Positions 1 to 8,081 of a DNA stretch of 18,513 nt are shown here, piece by piece. This DNA is from Methanoculleus marisnigri (GTDB lineage: Archaea; Halobacteriota; Methanomicrobia; Methanomicrobiales; Methanoculleaceae). Each line of letters starts with the position of its first letter. Position 1 is the stretch's first letter. The translations under genes were made by a program, and so were the position numbers. Under the pieces are notes generated by a model. It had not been told where the DNA came from and did not search any database. It saw only the letters and a program-made list of their open reading frames with translations. The stretch spans positions 1 to 18,513 of the forward strand of contig DASQ01000041.1 in the NCBI GenBank assembly GCA_002503885.1, written 5' to 3'.

Positions 1-128
1 TTTTGAAAAGGGTGTTCTTTTTGGTTTTCCTTCGGGCCATACTGGGATTCTATTTGTCCATTCATATAATTGTACTTTACTGTTTAATGATATAATTAAG
101 TGGTACTTTTGAAAGGGGTTCGCAAAGT

Positions 129-267
129 GAAATTACCGATCGGATTTCGCAGTATGTTGATACGTTGAATCAGACACCAGTAGTATTCAAGTGGTCATAC
201 ACAATGGATGCAAATCCCTCCGGGGTGGAAATGGGGTAGTCAGGTTAATTTAGAATCGATGCACTAG
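129..267 (+). mobile_element. 3'-terminal ~140-bp fragment of an IS630/Tc1-mariner-family IS (truncated copy); carries a transposase C-terminal pseudogene fragment (129-239) and the terminal inverted repeat
   Basis: Seen directly: 132-267 is the reverse complement of 11191-11326. It encodes the last 36 codons of the transposase (EITDRISQYVDTLNQTPVVFKWSYTMDANPSGVEMG*, stop 237-239). It then runs 28 bp to the terminal inverted repeat ...tagaatcgatgcac followed by TA (265-266). The identity stops abruptly upstream of about 129. Positions 1-128 are unrelated AT-rich sequence. Confidence 0.85.
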
Positions 268-277
268 TTACCCGAAC

Positions 278-1465
278 TCACCCATCACCATGTTTTGCAT
301 TCCATTCCACGTATCGCTCAAGATCTTCCACCTTTAACGGGGATCGTATCTTGCCAAATGCGGCTGCAAAGTCATTTTCACAGAGAGGTCGCGTTATCAG
401 CGCGCGCTCTTTGAGTTCATCAAACGGCAGATCCGCGAGCCGGTGAATTTCAGGATTGACATCGTTGATCATCGTCCAGATCGCCTGTTGATAGACATTC
501 TGGATGTCACGTCCCGAGTACAGGCGGTCGACGCATTGCCGTCCGAGTTCGACGAGGTCAACTCCGGATACTTCAAGCCCTCGCATGTGAATCTCGATAA
601 TTGCCCTGCAGGCATCGATATCCGGGAGCGGCACATAGATTCGCCGCGGGAACCTCGACAATATTGCCGAATCGAGATCCCAGGGTGCATTTGTTGCCGC
701 CATCGTGAGGAGCAGACGGTCGTCTTTTTTGCCCTGCAGGCCGTCAAGCTCGATGAGGAGAGAGGAGAGCACTCTCCGGGTCGCTTCGCTCATCGTGTCG
801 CTCCGCGATGCACCAAGGGCATCAAACTCATCGATAAAGACGATCGAAGGGGCCTGTTCTCGCGCCGCGGCATACAGGGAAGAGATCATCTTCGAAGACT
901 CGCCAAAGTATTTCGAGAGCAATCGGTCGGTTTTTACGTTGAAAAATGTTGCATCCAGGCTCCCTGCCGCAGCAGCTGCAATCATTGTTTTCCCCGTACC
1001 CGGCGGACCTAAAAGGAGAATACCCTTCCACGGACGGATAGATTCCGGTCTTTTCAGGGCTGCGATAGCAACGGTCTCCTTCACGAGGCGCTTGACCTCG
1101 TCAAGCCCGCCGATATCCTCCCATCGAACCGATGAGCGCGCGATCAGCGACGACATCTCAGTATCGCCTGCAAGCTCTTTAACAGAACGATTCGAATGCC
1201 CAGGTGCGCCCGATGTCTTGCTTTGTCTTCTCTGTGCAACCAACGCTGAACGGGATGCAATACCCTTCCATCTCTCTGCCTCGGCGGTATACCTTTGCTG
1301 CATCATGGGCGAAGAGACTGCAATCTGCCGACAGAGTGTTGCACACGCCCGCGCCCTCTCGTTAGCAGTCGCGTTGTCCGCTTCAGCTACTGCCTTTCTA
1401 TAGCCAGTAATAGTTTTCCGCAGTTCCGCAAGCAAAAATCCGCTAACGTCCACGTGCACAGTCAT
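278..1465 (-). CDS. AAA+ ATPase of the Vps4/katanin/spastin (meiotic) clade with a MIT-like N-terminal helical domain
   Basis: Walker A GPPGTGKT, Walker B IVFIDEFDAL and second region of homology are all present. The C-terminal segment (…YVEWNAKHG) resembles the Vps4-type C-terminal helix. About 100 N-terminal residues form three predicted helices before the ATPase core. The true start is probably ATG at 1463-1465, since the listed GTG at 1466-1468 is in frame. That start overlaps the stop of the upstream gene as tgATG. Confidence 0.85.
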   Translation of the reverse strand: MTVHVDVSGFLLAELRKTITGYRKAVAEADNATANERARACATLCRQIAVSSPMMQQRYTAEAERWKGIASRSALVAQRRQSKTSGAPGHSNRSVKELAGDTEMSSLIARSSVRWEDIGGLDEVKRLVKETVAIAALKRPESIRPWKGILLLGPPGTGKTMIAAAAAGSLDATFFNVKTDRLLSKYFGESSKMISSLYAAAREQAPSIVFIDEFDALGASRSDTMSEATRRVLSSLLIELDGLQGKKDDRLLLTMAATNAPWDLDSAILSRFPRRIYVPLPDIDACRAIIEIHMRGLEVSGVDLVELGRQCVDRLYSGRDIQNVYQQAIWTMINDVNPEIHRLADLPFDELKERALITRPLCENDFAAAFGKIRSPLKVEDLERYVEWNAKHGDG

Positions 1466-4161
1466 CACCTCATCGCTTCTCGAAGGATGTTCTCCTTGAG
1501 TAATTCGACATCATCGGCAAGAGATTCAATCTCATTGTCGAGGTCCTCGTCGATGTAAAAACGCAGGTGCTCACTTACTTGTTGCAGTTTTTCGAGGATA
1601 TCTCCACGGACGAACACTTCGAGGTGAATTGCAGATTTACGTGCTTCCAGACGATCACGTTGCCGCAGATGTTCCACAAGGTTTTGTGCAACGAAATATG
1701 CCGTCCGGTAGTCCGGTTCGGGCGACCCAGGATCCGCTAGAACTACGATTTCCTCCGGGGTATCCGGTTTGGGCGGCACCGGGTCCGGAGACGCTACGAT
1801 TTTCTTCAGGACATCACCTGCAATCCCGCCGATAGAGCGCTCTATCCACCGGTGTTCGCTATGGTTGAAGACGTGAACTCTGGTGCGGTCATCCAGGTTG
1901 TTTCTAATCGCTTCTTTCACACCGGCCTGGATCAGCATGGGAGCGCATCCTGCGTCCGCCCACAGCCCTGCTGCCCAGATTGCCGCACCCCTGACCCGGT
2001 TGCTCCTTGAACCAATACACGTGAGGAGGACTTTTTCAAGATCTTTCTGCTGTAAAAACGACTTATCGCGTACCTTTGAAAGTTCACCGATGATCGATAC
2101 CGCCGCTTTTCGGATCTCCAGGTCCTTCTCCTGTGCACATCGTTTCAGATCCGTGACGAGAGTTTCGGCATCGCATAGCGAATCCGCGTACCCCCTGCAT
2201 GAGATTGACCAGAGCGCCCATAAAACACGAAACCGAACTTCATCATTTTGTACGTTCAAAAGGTGGGCAAGTGCAGTAGCACCGCCATTTCGCACCACCG
2301 GTTCGGGGCTTGCATAAAAAGCGATCTTGTCGAGGGCGAGGGCAGCGCATGCCTGGACTTCGTGGTTTTTGCTATAGAGAAGACGGATATAGCGCAGAGT
2401 CGCGCCGGAATCTGCGACCGCAATGCCCTGACCCGCTTCGGCAACCACTGCCAGAGACCATGCCGCGGCGCTGCACACCGGGTCTGCCGGGTCGTCAAGA
2501 TGTGCGGCCATTTCAGGAAGGATCCCTGATCCGGCAACCTCATACGAATAACCCTGGTAAGCAAGGTTTCCGAGAACCCAGAGGATGTTTCTTCGAACAT
2601 CGGGGACGGAATCGTCGAGCGCTCTGCCGAGCATATCAAACGCTCTTTCTCGAATGATCGCTCCGGCTTTTCCTCCTTTGGCCAGGATGTCGAGTTGGTA
2701 CGATGCATGAATCCGATCCTGGCTATCTTCCGACCCGAGCCGTATAAGCAGCCGTTTAACATCCGAATTGCCATCGTTGCCAGATTCTCTGCGAAGTTCT
2801 CGATCGAGCATCGCGGTACATTGAGCGATTTTACTCCTCACCTCTTCCCGAAGTTTTGTCGAAGAACTGTGGATATGGTCGAATGCATTTTGATACGATC
2901 TCAAGGCGTCGCGGTACGCAGCCCTCTCATAGAGGATGTCACCTCTGAGAATGTAGGGAAAGAGAAAGCCAGGACGGGTGCGTATCGATTCCTCAGCCAG
3001 CCTAAGTGCTTCATCGGTTTGATTACGAGCGTGGAGGCACATCCCTTTCCCGTTCAATGCCCACGGGTGTCTCTTGATCCGCATTGCCCTGTCGTAGTAG
3101 GCAATTGCCTCTGAATACTGCTTCTGCTCGCGGTAGATATCGGCAATGCCGATGTACGGGAACGGATATGATCGCGCTCTGTCAAGAGAGATTGCCCGCT
3201 CGTAGCACTCTATAGCCTCCTTTTGCCGACCAAGCCTTCTGAGTGCATTTCCCTTTTCATTCCACGCCCAGTGGGAGCCGGGTTCAAGTTCCAGAGCCGT
3301 GGTAAAGTGCTTTAGCGCATCTTCAAAGCGCTGAACTTTGTAAAACTCCTTTCCCTTGTTCAGATTAGCCATGTACTTTGCATGATTGTCTGTCGAATTT
3401 GATTCCGGATGAGAATAGCCTCCGTTCTTCTCATCCAGTATGCTTGTGGCCGCAGGTGCATCATGTAGTTTTTTTCGAATGCTGGGGATGTGGTCGCTGA
3501 ACGCTCTGATGAGAGCATTCAAAGGCTTTTCTTGATTACCCGGCTCCACGCGAACATCTCGATCGAGCATCGCAGTACACTGAGTGATTTTGCTCTTCAC
3601 TTCTCCCCGAAGTTCAGGCGAGGGGCCGCGGATCAGTTCGTATGCCCTTTGATATGATCTCAAGGCGTCGCGGTACGCAGCCCTCTCATAGAGGATGTCA
3701 CCTCTGAGAATGTAGGGAAAGAGAAATTCAGGGCGAATATGTATCGACTCTTCAGCCAGTCTGAGCGCTTCATCGGTTTGATTAAGAGCGTGGAGGCATC
3801 TTCCTTTCCCGTTCAATGCCCATGGGTGTCTCTTGATCCGTATTGCTCTGTCATAATAAGCAATTGCCTCTGAGTACTGCTTCTGATCGCGGTAGATGTC
3901 GGCGACGCCGATGTATGGAAACGGATACGAGTGCCTTTTGTCTAGGTGAATTGCCCGCTCGTAACAATCCCTCGCTTCCCTTTGCCTTCCAAGTCTCCTG
4001 AGTGCATTGCCCTTTTCATTCCACGCCCAATGAGAGTCTGGTTCGAGTTCCAGGGCTGTGTTAAAGTACTTGAGCGCATCCTCAAAACGCTGAACTTTGT
4101 AAAGTTCCTGCCCCTTGCTCAGATTAAACATGTACTTTGCATGGTTGTCTGTCTGATTCAT
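1465..4161 (-). CDS. Large TPR-repeat + HEAT/PBS-lyase-like repeat protein (898 aa) with an internal tandem duplication of a ~245-aa TPR module
   Basis: The N-terminal half contains two ~85%-identical copies of a TPR block (NHAKYM.NL.KG.E.YKVQRFEDALK.F.TALELEP.SHWAWNEKGNALRRLGRQ…). The C-terminal ~400 aa has repeated HEAT-like units (AAWSLAVVAEAG, VRFRVLWALWSI, VRGAAIWAAGLWADAG). There are ATGA overlaps with both neighbouring genes. Confidence 0.85.
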   Translation of the reverse strand: MNQTDNHAKYMFNLSKGQELYKVQRFEDALKYFNTALELEPDSHWAWNEKGNALRRLGRQREARDCYERAIHLDKRHSYPFPYIGVADIYRDQKQYSEAIAYYDRAIRIKRHPWALNGKGRCLHALNQTDEALRLAEESIHIRPEFLFPYILRGDILYERAAYRDALRSYQRAYELIRGPSPELRGEVKSKITQCTAMLDRDVRVEPGNQEKPLNALIRAFSDHIPSIRKKLHDAPAATSILDEKNGGYSHPESNSTDNHAKYMANLNKGKEFYKVQRFEDALKHFTTALELEPGSHWAWNEKGNALRRLGRQKEAIECYERAISLDRARSYPFPYIGIADIYREQKQYSEAIAYYDRAMRIKRHPWALNGKGMCLHARNQTDEALRLAEESIRTRPGFLFPYILRGDILYERAAYRDALRSYQNAFDHIHSSSTKLREEVRSKIAQCTAMLDRELRRESGNDGNSDVKRLLIRLGSEDSQDRIHASYQLDILAKGGKAGAIIRERAFDMLGRALDDSVPDVRRNILWVLGNLAYQGYSYEVAGSGILPEMAAHLDDPADPVCSAAAWSLAVVAEAGQGIAVADSGATLRYIRLLYSKNHEVQACAALALDKIAFYASPEPVVRNGGATALAHLLNVQNDEVRFRVLWALWSISCRGYADSLCDAETLVTDLKRCAQEKDLEIRKAAVSIIGELSKVRDKSFLQQKDLEKVLLTCIGSRSNRVRGAAIWAAGLWADAGCAPMLIQAGVKEAIRNNLDDRTRVHVFNHSEHRWIERSIGGIAGDVLKKIVASPDPVPPKPDTPEEIVVLADPGSPEPDYRTAYFVAQNLVEHLRQRDRLEARKSAIHLEVFVRGDILEKLQQVSEHLRFYIDEDLDNEIESLADDVELLKENILREAMR
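2670..4150. repeat. Intragenic tandem duplication (~750-bp unit x2) inside the TPR/HEAT gene
   Basis: Near-identical DNA stretches are visible, e.g. 2895-2990 versus 3650-3745 (…gatctcaaggcgtcgcggtacgcagccctctcatagaggatgtcacctctgagaatgtagggaaagagaaa…). The protein repeats correspond to about aa 6-245 and 258-495. Confidence 0.8.
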
Positions 4162-4679
4162 TTTCCACTTCCTAGAAAGACCTGGAGTTCCTCATCTATC
4201 CGGCCGGCCACAAGCGAGACCACATCACCAAACCCGCTGACCGTTACGTTGAGATGCGTTGCCCCTGCATCCCCGGACCAGAGAAGCCCGACGGTCGCCT
4301 GTCCCTTTCGGGTATAGGCAGTATACGATTCGACTCCGTTGCGGACCCCCTCATAACTTGAATTGAGTTTATTCAGGACATATCTTAAAAATTGTTTTAA
4401 TGCGTCCTTATCCAGAGATGTCTCATAATACAGAGTCTTTGTCGCTTCGCGAATATCGGGCACGGATTCCTCTGCAGAATATATTCTGACATCTTCACTT
4501 CCCCGTTCCAGCCGTGCGTAGAGGTCCTGCAGGAAGTCTTCAATCACCTCGTCTCTCACCAGAATGGCGACGCCCCTCTCTTTGTGTACATCTTTTTTCG
4601 ACTTCCATCTGTCAATCGTGGCGTCAATCCGCTTACGCTCGGCATCTGAGTGGTAGTCGACAACGAGGAGGTATTCCAT
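4158..4679 (-). CDS. Hypothetical protein (~173 aa), first gene of the minus-strand operon
   Basis: The ORF has no recognisable motifs. Its likely start is ATG at 4677-4679 (MEYLLVVDYHSD…), since the track's GTG at 4703 lies inside the TATA box. Its stop overlaps the start of the TPR/HEAT gene as ATGA. Confidence 0.6.
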   Translation of the reverse strand: MEYLLVVDYHSDAERKRIDATIDRWKSKKDVHKERGVAILVRDEVIEDFLQDLYARLERGSEDVRIYSAEESVPDIREATKTLYYETSLDKDALKQFLRYVLNKLNSSYEGVRNGVESYTAYTRKGQATVGLLWSGDAGATHLNVTVSGFGDVVSLVAGRIDEELQVFLGSGK

Positions 4680-4702
4680 TTGATAACCATATGCGGGTAC
4701 CA

Positions 4703-4713
4703 CTATATATATT
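4703..4713 (-). promoter_or_regulatory. Archaeal TATA box (ctatatatatt) for the minus-strand operon
   Basis: A strong A/T alternating octamer lies about 25-35 bp upstream of the ATG at 4679. That geometry fits a leaderless or short-leader archaeal promoter. Confidence 0.5.
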
Positions 4714-4742
4714 CCTCCGCAGTGGAGTTATTGATTTTGGAG

Positions 4743-4752
4743 TATATTAATA
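4743..4752 (+). promoter_or_regulatory. TATA-like element (tatattaata) for the plus-strand operon
   Basis: An AT-rich box lies about 60 bp upstream of the ATG at 4814 in the divergent intergenic region. Confidence 0.4.
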
Positions 4753-4753
4753 T

Positions 4754-4768
4754 CCTCCATATTGGAGG
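4754..4768. promoter_or_regulatory. Inverted repeat CCTCCA-tat-TGGAGG; a related CCTCC-gcagt-GGAG lies at 4714-4727
   Basis: Two similar palindromes lie between the two divergent TATA boxes. Either could be an operator site. Confidence 0.35.
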
Positions 4769-4813
4769 AAAGTTTATCATGTATGGAGGGCAATGGTCAA
4801 TCGGTGAAGTGTG

Positions 4814-5416
4814 ATGAAGATCGCAAGCCTGTTTCATCGGAACCGGATAGAGATGTTGACGATCACCGAACTGCAGGAGGAAGAGATCATATTAAAGAGC
4901 AGGATCAACCGCCTCCGGAAGGAGATCGACAGAATCGAGCGCGAGAAAAAACTGAAATTTGCAGAAGGCGTCGGCGGCGACCTTATCAAGAAGAAGATGC
5001 TTGCTCAGGAACTCAAGCAACTGGATATGACTGCAAAGCTCAAGGTTCGAAACTTCCTTGCCCTGCATAAACAGTACATGTTTATCTCGAACCTGGTTAT
5101 CATCAAAAAGTATCAGCGGGATCTCCAGAAGACACACATCTGGGAGAAGATCCAGACGATCTCTCCGGAAACTATCGAGAGTGCCCTCATCCGCGTGAAT
5201 CTCTCCGGAAAGAATTTTGAAACTGTCGTCGACGACTTAAATCAGGTGTTTGCCCTTGATCTTTCGGACTCGGATCAGGACCTCGACGAAGCTGAAAAGC
5301 AGATGTTTGAAGTCTGGAGCAGTGTCGAGACCGGTTCGCTAGGGCTTGATGAAGCGAAAGATCTCTTTTCGATTGAGAAAGATATCGAGAAGGCGATCCG
5401 CGAATCCGAAGGGTAA
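4814..5416 (+). CDS. ESCRT-III/Snf7/PspA-like coiled-coil protein (candidate)
   Basis: About 200 aa: a basic and coiled-coil N-terminal two-thirds (…RINRLRKEIDRIEREKKLKF…KKKMLAQELKQL…) and an acidic C-terminal tail (DLDEAEKQMFEVW…LDEAKDLFSIEKDIEKAIRESEG). Size, charge distribution and proximity to a Vps4-like ATPase all fit an ESCRT-III-like protein. The family assignment is by eye only. Confidence 0.5.
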   Translation: MKIASLFHRNRIEMLTITELQEEEIILKSRINRLRKEIDRIEREKKLKFAEGVGGDLIKKKMLAQELKQLDMTAKLKVRNFLALHKQYMFISNLVIIKKYQRDLQKTHIWEKIQTISPETIESALIRVNLSGKNFETVVDDLNQVFALDLSDSDQDLDEAEKQMFEVWSSVETGSLGLDEAKDLFSIEKDIEKAIRESEG

Positions 5417-5446
5417 CCCCTCAGATCGTGATGGGTGGTCACTACC

Positions 5447-6097
5447 ATGAAGATTCTATCCCGTAGGCATCCGAAAGACCCGTTCGCCTCGTCCAGCATC
5501 AGCGATCTACGCAAGGCCGAAGCGCTGCTGAAGTGCCGGATCGGCACCCTCGAATCCGAATCTCAGGACCTCAAAGAAAAGATACAGAACCTGCTCGACG
5601 ATGGTGCCTCGATATGCGACGAGCCGCGCGATGCCCATCGTGCAATGCGGATCCGGACACTCATAGAACAATACCACATGAAGAATGCAGTTTGCGTGAA
5701 ACTTGAGCGCGATCTCCGCCTGATCTCGTATATCATCGCTATGAGAGATCGTGACAGGATGCTGAACCTGTCGGACGCCTGCCAGAAACTCAACAGGATC
5801 TCTCCTGACAAGCTCGAAGAATGGCTGGCAAAGCAATCCGTACATGAGGAAGGCGACAGAAACCGTGTCGAAGACCTTCAAGCCATTCTCTCCGAACAGA
5901 TTCCGGGCGGCAAAGACCATCCTGTCGATGAAACCTCGATACGGCAGGCAATGGAAGAGATTCGTGGCGGAGCAGTTCCAGTTGCCGTAATCGTAAAAAA
6001 TCTCCTGGATGGGTCTCTATCGGGAAAGGAGAGAATCAGAACGACTATAACACAGTATGATAAATTTCCCGGTAAGCAGGGAAGGGATGAGCAATGA
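5447..6097 (+). CDS. Second ESCRT-III/Snf7-like coiled-coil paralogue (candidate)
   Basis: About 215 aa, starting MKILSRRHP… (compare MKIASLFHR… in the upstream gene). It is coiled-coil with an acidic C-terminal region. Its stop overlaps the next gene's ATG (ATGA at 6094-6097). Confidence 0.45.
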   Translation: MKILSRRHPKDPFASSSISDLRKAEALLKCRIGTLESESQDLKEKIQNLLDDGASICDEPRDAHRAMRIRTLIEQYHMKNAVCVKLERDLRLISYIIAMRDRDRMLNLSDACQKLNRISPDKLEEWLAKQSVHEEGDRNRVEDLQAILSEQIPGGKDHPVDETSIRQAMEEIRGGAVPVAVIVKNLLDGSLSGKERIRTTITQYDKFPGKQGRDEQ

Positions 6098-7989
6098 CCA
6101 ATGGGGATATTACCTGTCCTAAATGTAAAATCCAGCTTGGGGCCGCTGCAAAGTTTTGCCCGCAGTGCGGAACGAAGGTCGGTGCGTATACCTGCGGCAG
6201 CTGCGGGGTTACCGTGCCTCCCGATGCAAAATTCTGCCCCGGTTGCGGGAAAGGATTTGAAAAAACTCTCTTCGGAAGGATCGTAGGAGCTAACGAAGAG
6301 GACTTTTCGCGGAGGCGCGAATGGAGACGAACCCCTGAAGATTTTGCGAGTAAATTTGAGGTTGAAGATCTCCGGGGCGTCCTGAAAAAGACCGTTACCG
6401 TTGCCGAGGGAACCCGCGCGCTTCTTTTCCAGGGAGGAGCATATGCGGGCGACCTGCCGGCAGGTCACTACACCCTTGGAAATATTCTCGAAGCCAAACT
6501 GCCCCTGAACCTCGACGAACGCGCGACGGTCGTGCTCATCGACGATGGCGTGGTTGCAATCGATTTCACCATCGGGCGCTCGGAACTGCGCACCGCCGAC
6601 TCCGTCCCCGTCGGGATTGCCGGAAGATTTACGATCAGAAACAGGGATTCGAAATCGTTCATCGCAAATCTCCTCAAAGGGAAGGGCCGAATCCTCCTTG
6701 CGGATCTCCAGGAAGATCTCCGATACGATCTCCTTGGTGTCGTTCAGTCCACGCTGAGCGGATACCGGATGGACGATCTCTATGGGAACCTCGCCGTAAA
6801 GGAAGACATCGAGAGTGCCGTCAGGGCAAACGTCACCCCTACCCTTTCGAGTTACGGCTTTTCCCTCGAACAACTCAGGTTCACGCAATCCGATGAGGCA
6901 GAGTGGCACGATATCCTTGAACAGCGCAGCGAAGGGACGAAAAAGGTCACGAAGACCGGACTTCAGATCGATATCGAACAAAAACTGCGGCACCTTCTCT
7001 CCGACGATAAACTCGACCAGCTGGCTACCGACGAGAAAATCAGCGAATACTGTCACGAGCTGGCTCAGGCCGGCATCGTTCGCGAGAACGAGATCGAAGA
7101 CCTGAAGATCGCCCTTCGAAACCGGCGCGACGATAAGGCCTTCATCCGCCAGATTATCCGGGAGCGGTTTGAGCAGGCTCATCGTCACGAGTCTGCCGAA
7201 GCGGAGCAGGACAATCTCCTTGGCCTGGACGCAAAAGCGCAGCGGCACGGACGTACCATGGATGCCGAGCAGACAGGGCACGAGATCGGCACCGATGATG
7301 CCCGGCGTGAACACCTGAACAAGTGGAGAGGGCGGGAGCGACAGCAGGATCATGCCGAGATAGAGGATCTCATCGGCCTGAAAAAGCAGATGGACGATGC
7401 AAAGCTCCAGAGAGTGCGTGGAGAACAGGAGCTAGCCCACGAAGACCTCGAGAAGCAAACCGAGATTGAGGGGAAGAAACTCGAACAGCGTATCAATGCC
7501 TCACCCGAGGCGCTTATCTCGATGACGGACGGCGGTACCGCTGAAAAGCTTACGGAACTCGAAAAGATGAAGCGCGCAGCAGCCCTCACCGAAGGACAGA
7601 TCATGGCGCTTTCGGCAGAAAAGAGTACCGCCGTTGCAGAGGCGATGAAAGAGAAGTTCGGATCCGACAGGATGCAGGAGCTCTTCGAAACCCGCCTGCA
7701 GGACCAGCAGAAATACATGGAAACGATCCAGGCAATGGCCGGAGGTAACGCGGATCGCCTGGCCGACGTCATGAACAAGGCGCTCGATGCCATGGGTCAG
7801 ACGGCGACCGCACGGAGCTCCGCCCACCAGGCACAGGGCTCGACGGTCGTTGCCGGCGGCGGAGGGCTCGGCCAGCCGGTGATCATCAACCCTGCCCGGC
7901 AGGAAGAGAGCCGGATATGCCCCGGATGCAAAACGCCAAACAGTACCGCCGATCGGTTTTGCAAGGAGTGCGGCGAGGAACTCAGGTGA
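6094..7989 (+). CDS. Zinc-ribbon / SPFH (Band_7_1, COG4260-like) / long coiled-coil / zinc-ribbon protein (flotillin-like architecture)
   Basis: The N-terminal double zinc ribbon has three CxxC-type pairs (CPKC…CPQC…CGSC…CPGC). Residues ~95-250 match the Band_7_1 SPFH signature (…AEGTRALLFQGGAYAGDLPAGHYTL…VPVGIAGRFTIRNRDSKSFIANLL…). A ~250-aa E/K/R/Q-rich coiled coil follows. The C-terminal zinc ribbon is CPGCKTPNSTADRFCKECG. Confidence 0.75.
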   Translation: MTNGDITCPKCKIQLGAAAKFCPQCGTKVGAYTCGSCGVTVPPDAKFCPGCGKGFEKTLFGRIVGANEEDFSRRREWRRTPEDFASKFEVEDLRGVLKKTVTVAEGTRALLFQGGAYAGDLPAGHYTLGNILEAKLPLNLDERATVVLIDDGVVAIDFTIGRSELRTADSVPVGIAGRFTIRNRDSKSFIANLLKGKGRILLADLQEDLRYDLLGVVQSTLSGYRMDDLYGNLAVKEDIESAVRANVTPTLSSYGFSLEQLRFTQSDEAEWHDILEQRSEGTKKVTKTGLQIDIEQKLRHLLSDDKLDQLATDEKISEYCHELAQAGIVRENEIEDLKIALRNRRDDKAFIRQIIRERFEQAHRHESAEAEQDNLLGLDAKAQRHGRTMDAEQTGHEIGTDDARREHLNKWRGRERQQDHAEIEDLIGLKKQMDDAKLQRVRGEQELAHEDLEKQTEIEGKKLEQRINASPEALISMTDGGTAEKLTELEKMKRAAALTEGQIMALSAEKSTAVAEAMKEKFGSDRMQELFETRLQDQQKYMETIQAMAGGNADRLADVMNKALDAMGQTATARSSAHQAQGSTVVAGGGGLGQPVIINPARQEESRICPGCKTPNSTADRFCKECGEELR

Positions 7990-8003
7990 GCCGTGGAAGG
8001 CTG

Positions 8004-8030
8004 TGCCGGATGTGCCACGTGCATCCGGCA
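8004..8030. other. Hairpin (9-bp stem tgccggatg/catccggca, 9-nt loop containing cacgtg) 15 bp after the stop of the SPFH gene
   Basis: The inverted repeat was read directly. It may be a transcript 3'-end structure or a protein-binding palindrome. Confidence 0.3.
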
Positions 8031-8081
8031 ACTCGCCCTTCACCTTTAGTCACCATCACAAAAACTCAATTCTGATGCCGT

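Noticed and set aside
443-1403. Plus-strand ORFs 443-1012 and 705-1403 overlapping the AAA ATPase gene
   Set aside because: The minus-strand frame carries Walker A, Walker B and SRH motifs. The overlapping ORFs have none.
278-1465. Calling the AAA ATPase a proteasome-activating nucleotidase (PAN) or CDC48 because the proteasome chaperone PAC2 is nearby
   Set aside because: The protein has a single ATPase domain and a Vps4-like C-terminal helix. It lacks the N-terminal coiled-coil/OB of PAN and the C-terminal HbYX. PAC2 lies outside the IS-bounded island.
4762-5070. 102-aa plus-strand ORF overlapping the start of the first ESCRT-III-like gene in another frame
   Set aside because: It begins inside the promoter/palindrome region and is low-complexity (R/E/D-rich). 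The 4814 frame has the coherent coiled-coil protein.
5878-7353. 491-aa minus-strand ORF antisense to the Zn-SPFH gene
   Set aside because: The plus-strand frame carries clear zinc-ribbon, Band_7_1 and coiled-coil signatures and ATGA coupling to its neighbour. The antisense translation is low-complexity with no motifs. It is probably a chance ORF caused by the biased codon composition of a coiled-coil gene.
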